Source: Tetramitus jugosus (lineage: Eukaryota; Protista; Heterolobosea). Taken from it: a DNA stretch of 64,000 nucleotides. Where the stretch lies: assembly GCA_937625935.1 (NCBI GenBank), contig OW569346.1, positions 1-64,000 of the forward strand, given 5' to 3'. The stretch's first letter is position 1. Each line of letters begins with the position of its first letter. The notes under the pieces were generated by a model. It ran no database searches. It worked only from the letters and a program-made list of their open reading frames with translations, and was not told where the DNA came from. Positions 1 through 8,469 of this stretch are shown in pieces. Both the position numbers and the translations under genes were made by a program.

Positions 1-674
1 CAAACCCAAACCCAAACCCAAACCCAAACCCAAACCCAAACCCAAACCCAAACCCAAACCCAAACCCAAACCCAAACCCAAACCCAAACCCAAACCCAAA
101 CCCAAACCCAAACCCAAACCCAAACCCAAACCCAAACCCAAACCCAAACCCAAACCCAAACCCAAACCCAAACCCAAACCCAAACCCAAACCCAAACCCA
201 AACCCAAACCCAAACCCAAACCCAAACCCAAACCCAAACCCAAACCCAAACCCAAACCCAAACCCAAACCCAAACCCAAACCCAAACCCAAACCCAAACC
301 CAAACCCAAACCCAAACCCAAACCCAAACCCAAACCCAAACCCAAACCCAAACCCAAACCCAAACCCAAACCCAAACCCAAACCCAAACCCAAACCCAAA
401 CCCAAACCCAAACCCAAACCCAAACCCAAACCCAAACCCAAACCCAAACCCAAACCCAAACCCAAACCCAAACCCAAACCCAAACCCAAACCCAAACCCA
501 AACCCAAACCCAAACCCAAACCCAAACCCAAACCCAAACCCAAACCCAAACCCAAACCCAAACCCAAACCCAAACCCAAACCCAAACCCAAACCCAAACC
601 CAAACCCAAACCCAAACCCAAACCCAAACCCAAACCCAAACCCAAACCCAAACCCAAACCCAAACCCAAACCCA
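1..674. repeat. Terminal telomeric array (CCCAAA)n, i.e. TTTGGG on the G-rich strand
   Basis: Uninterrupted hexamer array from base 1, with the C-rich strand 5' at the window start, as expected for a left chromosome end. Confidence 0.97.
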
Positions 675-1235
675 CCCAAGACCCAAAATAAGAGGTACTT
701 GAGGGAAAAGGAGGCTGTCGAAGCGGCAATGGCCAAACGACACAAAACAACTCCTTCACAGTCCACATGGGACTCTTGCAACGTGAATACAACCGTTGTA
801 TCTAAGAGAGTGAGAGATACAAAGGGTTGTACGTTAATGCAGAGTGCACCTCGCATCAAGAAACGCAAACTTGATAGCATGGACTACAAGTGGTACTGAA
901 CCATAAGATTCGTAGTCAGGATAAACCGTACGGGGTACGGCTCCGACTACAGTGCAAATCGCCAACGGCCAATTAAAATGGTCCTACGGACCATTTTTAT
1001 CGGCCCAATGGGCATTTGCAATCTTCCAAGGTTCAAGACTTTTGTGCAGCCAAGTTGACCTGCACTTTTAGTATAAATAATAAAGTTGTGGTGTAGAGTG
1101 CTCATGTTTAGGCACCGCACTAGATTTGCGACCAGCCCGAATACCTGTGTTGCACGTAAATATACCACAACTAACAAACAACAACAACATCTCACTCGCC
1201 ACTCTCGCGCCCCATAGTGGAGTGTTTGAACCCAA
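665..1235 (+). mobile_element. 5'-truncated distal copy (pseudo-LTR) of the Penelope-like element: end of the RT ORF plus 3' UTR
   Basis: By eye identical to 3180..3750 (offset 2515 bp); encodes the same C-terminal peptide ending LDSMDYKWY*. Confidence 0.95.
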
Positions 1236-3414
1236 ACCCAAACCCAAACCCAAACCCAAACCCAAACCCAAGAAACTTGACGTCAGCAATGACATCCTCC
1301 ATTCGTCGGCTCGTGCTCTGATCCAAGAAGCATGGAGAAAAAGACACAATGCTCCAATTGTTCAAAACCTGAACGGCATTGACAATGAGGCCCTATTGAG
1401 ACTCGTCACAAATGAAGAATGGATCATTTGTGACACAGACAAGAACTTGGGCACCGCTGTCTGGCACAAAGACAATTACATTGAAGAATGTAAGAAACAA
1501 CTTGAAAGCCCAGTGTACAGCATAAGAGAGAACAAAAGATACACAGTCTCAACAATCAAGATTCTCACACACTGGTGCATTGATAAGATCTCAAATTTGC
1601 ACCCATCTATGGGTGAACACCTACGGAAAACAAGACAAATTGAGGATATCAATGAATTGTCCATTCCCAAGTTTTATTTGTTGCCAAAAGTGCACAAAGA
1701 CAAACTCCAAGGTCGACCAATTGTCGCCAGCCATAGTTGGGTCAACACTGAAGCATCCAAACTGCTCAGCATTAGACTCCGTCTAATGATCACTCAACTA
1801 CAGCAAAGACGAGACCAGGGTTTACTACCAGTAATGCCCATTGTTTCATCTTCATATGAAGCGAAACTGGTTCTCAACAAATGGTGCTTGCAGAATGGAG
1901 CAACGTGGGAATTCACAGTACATCCAAAGCTGCAAACCTACAGCTATGATTTCACTGCATTGTACACCAATTTGAGACATGACGTCATCAAAACAAATAT
2001 GGAGTACATCTTTGAAATGATGCAACAACTTGAACCAAACACTTGGACAAGTCAAGAAATTGGTGCAATGAAATTGTTATTGCATTTTGTGTTAACCTGC
2101 ACATACATTAGATGTGAGGAACTCAACAATAGCATTTTTAAACAAGTAATTGGCCTTCCAATGGGCACAAATTGTGCGCCTGAATTAGCCAACCTTGTGC
2201 TACTTGCTTATGAGTTGCAACACTTGACCAAAGTCAACAGATCCCACTGCATTGCAGTGAGGTACATTGACGATTTGTTCATTGCTTGCACAAAAGAGTG
2301 CATACCTACCATTGTCAACATGTACAATGGTTCGGATTTGAAACTCTGCAAAGCAGACAATAATGTTTTCCTGGATTTGCACATCCAATTGGAAAAGTAT
2401 TATGAGAACTTTGCAGTTCCATTATGGCGCTTTCACTTCAATGTCTACCAGAAGCCATTGAACAAGTACATGTACTCCATGTACAAGTCAGCGTCTTCAT
2501 TTGCAGCAAGGAAAGGTCTGATCACAGGTGAGTTGGTAAGATATGCTCGCCTTGTTGATCACTTCAAACAATTCGATTCAATTCGAACATTGTTTGCCTC
2601 TCGGTTAATCCGAAGAGGTTATGACCACCATTTCGTTCAACGAATGTTCAAAAAGAACAATTACTTTGCACTCGTTGAACGATACTGCAAATCAATTGAC
2701 TGGCAAGCCAGAGTGATCAAGTACCAACAAAAATTGGACTTGCAACACAAACCAAAAATTCCACCAATTTGGAAAGTGTTACACTCTGGCAGTGGCATCA
2801 ATTATCGACAATTGATAAATGCCATTTCTCTCTTCAATGAGATTGACTTGCCAAAGGAATTGGTCATTTGCAATGTCAGACTTCCCAACATTAGGGAAGT
2901 TCTGCACGCATGCAAAACCAAATTCAACACTTGGGTGCAACAATGTGATCAAATGCCAAACGAAGAAGAAAAGAAGAAAATGGCAAGAACATTGATGGAC
3001 GTTGTTGTTGGTAACCACAAACGACGTTGGCAGCGTACTTCATTTGCTGCACAACGACTGATCCGATCATTTTCGGAAAGGGGAAGTGGTTATTCAACAA
3101 TTCGACGCCAGTTGCAATTGCGACTTCGCAAAACATCACGCGGGTGCGTGATGCTGACGAAGTCAGCAACGCACCTGCGCCCAAACCCACCCAAGACCCA
3201 AAATAAGAGGTACTTGAGGGAAAAGGAGGCTGTCGAAGCGGCAATGGCCAAACGACACAAAACAACTCCTTCACAGTCCACATGGGACTCTTGCAACGTG
3301 AATACAACCGTTGTATCTAAGAGAGTGAGAGATACAAAGGGTTGTACGTTAATGCAGAGTGCACCTCGCATCAAGAAACGCAAACTTGATAGCATGGACT
3401 ACAAGTGGTACTGA
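1126..3414 (+). CDS. Penelope-like reverse transcriptase. The listed start is a TTG in the upstream copy's UTR; the true N-terminus is probably missing.
   Basis: Motifs: DTDKNLG, FYLLPKVHK..GRPIV, YDFTALYTN, QVIGLPMGTNCAPELANL, RYIDDLF, FLDL, VYQKP, GELVRY, LIRRGY. Basic C-terminal tail with an NLS-like RIKKRK. Confidence 0.92.
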   Translation: MRPARIPVLHVNIPQLTNNNNISLATLAPHSGVFEPKPKPKPKPKPKPKKLDVSNDILHSSARALIQEAWRKRHNAPIVQNLNGIDNEALLRLVTNEEWIICDTDKNLGTAVWHKDNYIEECKKQLESPVYSIRENKRYTVSTIKILTHWCIDKISNLHPSMGEHLRKTRQIEDINELSIPKFYLLPKVHKDKLQGRPIVASHSWVNTEASKLLSIRLRLMITQLQQRRDQGLLPVMPIVSSSYEAKLVLNKWCLQNGATWEFTVHPKLQTYSYDFTALYTNLRHDVIKTNMEYIFEMMQQLEPNTWTSQEIGAMKLLLHFVLTCTYIRCEELNNSIFKQVIGLPMGTNCAPELANLVLLAYELQHLTKVNRSHCIAVRYIDDLFIACTKECIPTIVNMYNGSDLKLCKADNNVFLDLHIQLEKYYENFAVPLWRFHFNVYQKPLNKYMYSMYKSASSFAARKGLITGELVRYARLVDHFKQFDSIRTLFASRLIRRGYDHHFVQRMFKKNNYFALVERYCKSIDWQARVIKYQQKLDLQHKPKIPPIWKVLHSGSGINYRQLINAISLFNEIDLPKELVICNVRLPNIREVLHACKTKFNTWVQQCDQMPNEEEKKKMARTLMDVVVGNHKRRWQRTSFAAQRLIRSFSERGSGYSTIRRQLQLRLRKTSRGCVMLTKSATHLRPNPPKTQNKRYLREKEAVEAAMAKRHKTTPSQSTWDSCNVNTTVVSKRVRDTKGCTLMQSAPRIKKRKLDSMDYKWY
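1231..1271. repeat. Interstitial telomeric tract (CCCAAA)6CCCAA between the two element copies
   Basis: Directly visible; same orientation as the terminal array. Confidence 0.95.
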
Positions 3415-3750
3415 ACCATAAGATTCGTAGTCAGGATAAACCGTACGGGGTACGGCTCCGACTACAGTGCAAATCGCCAACGGCCAATTAAAATGGTCCT
3501 ACGGACCATTTTTATCGGCCCAATGGGCATTTGCAATCTTCCAAGGTTCAAGACTTTTGTGCAGCCAAGTTGACCTGCACTTTTAGTATAAATAATAAAG
3601 TTGTGGTGTAGAGTGCTCATGTTTAGGCACCGCACTAGATTTGCGACCAGCCCGAATACCTGTGTTGCACGTAAATATACCACAACTAACAAACAACAAC
3701 AACATCTCACTCGCCACTCTCGCGCCCCATAGTGGAGTGTTTGAACCCAA
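1272..3750 (+). mobile_element. Endonuclease-deficient Penelope-like retroelement (Athena/Coprina-like), probably 5'-truncated
   Basis: PLE-type RT, no GIY-YIG motif, partial tandem duplication, telomeric repeats at the 5' junction, and a 3' end of GAACCCAA. Confidence 0.88.
3412..3750 (+). other. Structured 3' UTR of the retroelement (second copy at 897..1235)
   Basis: Nested complementary segments, distal-copy coordinates: 897-902/1030-1035, 905-909/1021-1025, 912-917/945-950, 926-931/935-940, 953-959/1014-1020, 975-984/988-997, 1044-1049/1060-1065, 1085-1095/1161-1171. Confidence 0.7.
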
Positions 3751-5128
3751 GTCAACTTCAATTTTTTTTTTTCTACCTAAAAACTCAAAAAGTTTACCAA
3801 CACATTTCTCTGTCTATTTTTCACCCATATTTCAAAAATTAACCTTCTTTATCTATGTTTAATCAGTATGTTGGTTTATTTTGATCAGTGCATCAGAGAT
3901 TCAGTTTGATGTTCTTTTGTAAATCAAAATATTTTCGGGAGTTGCACCCTCCATCGTTTTATTATGTTTTTTTATTCTTTACAATAGAATAAGCAGATAA
4001 TATGTTGTTCTACAGTGTTACGCTTTTTTATCCTTCTTAACTATTTTTGTTTGCTCTGAATATCTCCCAAGCACAACTTCGAAATATCAGTGAGTTGAGA
4101 ATGACTTCTATTACAATTCTAATGGTTATATACTTTGCCTCTCGGTTAAATAATACTTCTGTGGTGACTTGAACTCATTGCAGTTATTTTTTATTCCTGG
4201 GTGCTGTGCACTCAATATCTTCATCTGATAAAAACCATCCCAAACACTTTACTATGAACAATATAATATTATCCATGTCCTATTTTCTTGAAAAAATGTA
4301 TTTTCTTCCTTTTTGCATCACCGGATTTGAATTAATACCTGACATGCTTGTTTGAAAAAGAATGAGCTCAAAAAAATCATTGTTATTTTGTCTTCCATTG
4401 GCCTCTTCTCGAAAAATGCTTCCTGGCCTCACTATTCCTTAGAAAAATAATCGACTTCCTCATTTTGTGTATTTTTACAATGATGACTAAATAGGATTCA
4501 CTTATCTTGGTATTTAGAGCTCTTTCCTATGTTTGATCAGTCATTTATCATCCACTCTTTTAAAGATAATTACAGTTGAAAATTTCCATTTGTGCACGAG
4601 TTTGCTGAATAATCGGAATACAATTTTCCAAAAATAATGGAATTTTTGTAATCTACGTCCTTATATTGACTTAGAATAGCCTTATTCATAGTCAGTGACA
4701 AATTTTGATGTATCTGGTATGCATGTCCTCTACTCTATATCTCCGATAGGATAGCATGAAGTCAAAAAAAAGAGTCGGACAAAAAGAATCAATGAATATG
4801 TGAAAGAGTAATAGAGAAACCTAATACAGTTGTTAGATCTGAAATATCATATAAATCAACTGATCTGTTAACTCGTAGTTCTGAAAAACGATTTTACTGA
4901 GCAAATGGTTTTTTTTTGACCAAAGCCCAAAAAAAAAGCTTTTTTTTTACATGAAGCAGTTTTTATACTCGAAAAAATGACTTGTTTTTATGATTGAGAC
5001 AAGAGGGTATGTCGTTACGTGCTCAAACCAACCTACATCGTCCGCATTTTTTGTGCTCTTTCTAACAACACCAGCAGCATGGCTCGAAACCGCCTGGAAG
5101 CCTGGTTTGGGTCGTAGTATAATTACCA

Positions 5129-5150
5129 CCCAAACCCAAACCCAAACCCA
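5129..5150. repeat. Interstitial telomeric tract (CCCAAA)3CCCA; a second short tract lies at 5268..5281
   Basis: Directly visible; same polarity as the terminal array. Confidence 0.85.
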
Positions 5151-5361
5151 TCTGTAGTGGAAGTAAAATCACTCTTACCATCACAAACTTTCATTTTCTA
5201 CCTCCTTTCATCAAAACTGCCAGCTATCGCTGTCAGCTCACTGCTCAGGGGCTTTACTAATGTAACACCAAACCCAAACCCTATCACAGAAGCAGCACAT
5301 TCCAGTCAACAAGGGCAAGGGCCGCGCCACAGACAATGATAGCGGATCTGGTTCAGGATCT

Positions 5362-6046
5362 GTGATTGATCGTGTACAGGATGCCACCACTGGTTCCCTC
5401 GTGGAGATGACACTACCATTTTTTAGCGAACTTCAGCAGCTGCGTGTTGACAGTTACTCTAGTGATCTTGTACACAAAATCGAAATGTTCGACCGTAAGT
5501 TGTCGGCTGCCTTGGATGTGACAGGAGTTTCTCTTGGTACGTCCACCGGTTTCAAGAATGAGATGCAAACATTTACAGCACAGGCATCAGCCATCAACTC
5601 TATGTCTGATCGTATCCAGATGTACGAAGACATGGCCCGTAAAATGTATCTCAACACAACCGGTCTTGCACACTAGGCCGAGGCAGACGAATACATGAGA
5701 AGACACAAAGCGAAAGAACTAGAGTATTCATCGCGACTGGCGAGTCCAGAGAAAAAGGAAGCCGTTGCCAAACGTCTCGCCCTAGCCCAAGAAAAAGCCC
5801 TTGATTTCACAAACATTGAAATCAAGTTGACTTTTCGTTCACACATGTATCATCCGGATCTGAACTATTTGGACCGGATGTTCAAGGATGGAGGGAATCG
5901 AGAAACGCAAACGTGAGCTGGAGAGTACGGAAGAAGACGATAGTCAAAGAACATCACAGCCTGCTGCCAAGAAGAAGAAGAAAACGGAGGGCAACTCTGG
6001 GGGACATGACATCATGGCGTCGTTCAGTCAGAAAATAAAAACTTAA
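5362..6046 (+). pseudogene. Disrupted ORF of unknown function
   Basis: ORFs 5362..5676 and 5695..5916 share a frame and are separated by one TAG. A frameshift near 5890 would continue EGIEKRKRELESTEEDD...AAKKKKK...KIKT*. Confidence 0.5.
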
Positions 6047-6047
6047 T

Positions 6048-6473
6048 TTACATTGAACGTCTCTGGTTACGCAATTCGGCGACTACACGAGGACAGGCCT
6101 CTATCTCGGCTTCGAGATAGTCTGTTACGGATTTTTCGCCAATAGTATGACCGTTTACCTTGAATCTGTTTTGAGTATATGATATTGCCCTGGCGAACAT
6201 CTTGCAGAATTCACAGAACAGCAGTACAAGAGTTTCGTTGCGCAAAGTGCCGTGACTCGGGCAAGGTGGCAAGCACTTGGCCAGCAAAAAGACGTTAATT
6301 CTGTGATCACGGAGTGCGCCAACCATCTGTTGCACACTAGCCTCTCTGGCAGCAATGTACATTGCTCTGAGTGCATGAACAATGGGGCTGCATGGTACTT
6401 CTTCTTTGTTGTTCGAGAATACACCTTCATTGATGAACAAGTGGACCATGAGGGTCACAAACTCGTCCTGCAC
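6048..6473 (-). CDS. Hypothetical protein or gene fragment
   Basis: 141-aa ORF with protein-like composition, no ATG at the listed start and no recognised domain. Confidence 0.3.
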   Translation of the reverse strand: MQDEFVTLMVHLFINEGVFSNNKEEVPCSPIVHALRAMYIAAREASVQQMVGALRDHRINVFLLAKCLPPCPSHGTLRNETLVLLFCEFCKMFARAISYTQNRFKVNGHTIGEKSVTDYLEAEIEACPRVVAELRNQRRSM

Positions 6474-6816
6474 AAAAACCCATGGTCAGGTACTGGACAA
6501 CGATGTACCACACGGACGTGCACTCACTACGCGAAGATCCAACCTGATGGATTTCCGACGGCTTGCATCGAGCGGAGTATCAGCAGTTCAGACTGTCAAC
6601 AACAAAGAGCAAACAATTACTACCAAATTAAACAGGTGGTCTTAATTTTTCAAAATCCATGCAACACACTACCAACTAATTGTCAACACGGTAACTGTAT
6701 CATAAACTACTTGAGACCATCCAGCTTTCGGAATTTCCATTGTTCCGATTTTTGCAGTAAAACCCAACTCCGTTAACATTGTGATCGTTTCACCCAACTC
6801 TTCATAGACATACTCG

Positions 6817-7977
6817 TTAGAAGTCCATCCGCTCTAACCAATTAAATGGTAATGCGAATGTAAGAAGATCGATGAAATCGTTATCATTACGGATCTGATT
6901 CAACCCCAATGTATCTCTTACCTTGTTCAATACACCACCATCCGTCTTGCTTCTTGGATATCGGTGCTCCCAATCAAAACTGATATGCTTGACTGGTTTA
7001 CCCCTGACAGACAGAAATTTAATGGTAAGATCACGCTTCCTCTGATAAAAAGAACCTTCCAAAATTTCATTGTCGTCCTGTGAGAAAGTATAAGAAATCA
7101 AAAAATCGTTTCCAATTCGAATACGACCAGTAGTGACATTGCTACTATAATTGCCACGATGATTGAATTCAGTGGATTCATTCATCATCTCAAAATTGAC
7201 TCTGCTATAGAGATTGTCAAACACTGTTTGTCTTTGAGATTGCGTCAAACTTACACCCGTTGGATGTTCGTACTCCTTACTCTCAACGACCCACTCCTCC
7301 CAAATCTTTTTCTTGTGTTCTAGGAGGGACACTGCATGAATAAACTCTTGTGACTTTGAAGACAAATTGAGTGCGCTGTCAATTTGATGTGATTTCAACA
7401 AATTGCTGTTATCACTCAAATATTTCATCATTTGTGGCACAGAGAACTTGTATTGATAGAGTGGATAATGTCTATGCTCTCTGAAGCAAGCATCAATCTG
7501 GCTACTACAAGTTCTCAAGTTCAATGCACTCCTACTACCAACTGGAATGTAGTCAAGAATATTGGTCAACAGTTCAGGTGGGATTTCATCAAACCTCGTG
7601 TCCATTGCTTCATATTTCTCATTGACGAGCTTCCATCTGGCATTTACCTCTTTTGCGATATCCTTTGTCTTCATATCCGGAAATTCTCTCTTTAATTCTG
7701 CTCTTTCTTCTTTGCAGAAGCCGACATAATCTGATGGAACTTTCTTTGCAGCAGTCTTCTTTTTCTTAATCTTGATTTCTTCCTCCTCTTCTTCTTCTTC
7801 TTCTTCGTCGGTGTCATGGGAGTAGACCCTTGGTTTTGCTGCCTTTCTTGTTGCCCTCTTTGATCTCTTTGGTTGTTTCACTTCTTCTTCCTCTTCTTCT
7901 TCCTCATCGTCTTCTTGCTCTACTTCCTCTTCTTCGTCAGATACGATTTCAATTACTTTTGCCTTCCTCTTGCTCAT
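6817..7977 (-). CDS. Protein with acidic/basic N-terminus, HMG-box-like domain and F-box
   Basis: HMG-like KKVPSDYVGFCKEERAELKREFPDMKTKDIAKEVNARWK; F-box-like FDEIPPELLTNILDYIP. Confidence 0.75.
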   Translation of the reverse strand: MSKRKAKVIEIVSDEEEEVEQEDDEEEEEEEEVKQPKRSKRATRKAAKPRVYSHDTDEEEEEEEEEEIKIKKKKTAAKKVPSDYVGFCKEERAELKREFPDMKTKDIAKEVNARWKLVNEKYEAMDTRFDEIPPELLTNILDYIPVGSRSALNLRTCSSQIDACFREHRHYPLYQYKFSVPQMMKYLSDNSNLLKSHQIDSALNLSSKSQEFIHAVSLLEHKKKIWEEWVVESKEYEHPTGVSLTQSQRQTVFDNLYSRVNFEMMNESTEFNHRGNYSSNVTTGRIRIGNDFLISYTFSQDDNEILEGSFYQRKRDLTIKFLSVRGKPVKHISFDWEHRYPRSKTDGGVLNKVRDTLGLNQIRNDNDFIDLLTFALPFNWLERMDF

Positions 7978-8227
7978 CTTAGTGGCTGATTCCTTTTTTT
8001 TCTTGTGTTAACCAAAAATTCCTTTTTTTTTGGGAAAACGACCATGGCCAAGAGTCCCATGTTTTTAAATGAGTCAATTGATAAAGACACAGCTAGTTCT
8101 CTGGCTTGGGATGCTGAACATGTTGTTGTTTTGTTTGTAGCTCTTTCATCGACCCAACAAACATTAGAAATCCTTTGTCGGCAAATCTTTGCGTCGTGTA
8201 AAAAGATTTGGGTTTCCAGCCTCACAT

Positions 8228-8294
8228 TTTGACAGTTTGGCAGTTTGACAGTTTGACAGTTTGACATTCGTGGAAAAACAAACAAACTGTCAAA
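8228..8294. repeat. Tandem 8-mer (TTTGACAG) x about 5, plus an inverted copy
   Basis: 8228..8266 reads tttgacag tttggcag tttgacag tttgacag tttgaca; inverted caaactgtcaaa at about 8283..8294. Confidence 0.8.
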
Positions 8295-8469
8295 ACAACA
8301 CTCAAACAAACATGGTCACCATGATACAGTCGGTTTTCGGTAAAGTGTGGGTTTGAAAGATATTCGAAGTTCGACATAACACATGACCGCAATTTACCCA
8401 TTGTGTCCACTGTGTAGAAAGAGGAACCAAAGTGACACCGTAATTTGCCAGGGTTACGTGCTGTCTGTT

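Noticed and set aside
897-1235. Hammerhead ribozyme or SECIS in the element UTR
   Set aside because: No CUGAnGA/GAAA core and no AUGA..GA quartet found by eye; a covariance search is still needed.
1126-3414. Telomerase (TERT) or non-LTR/LINE identity for the RT
   Set aside because: No TERT T/CP motifs and no APE or RLE domain were seen; LPKVHK/RPIV, DKNLG and MGTNCAP are PLE-type.
665-3750. LTR retrotransposon (571-bp direct repeats)
   Set aside because: The repeat includes the ORF's 3' end, lacks TG...CA termini, and there is no gag, protease or integrase; it is a partial tandem copy.
8228-8266. CRISPR-like array
   Set aside because: Contiguous 8-mers with no spacers, in a eukaryotic context.
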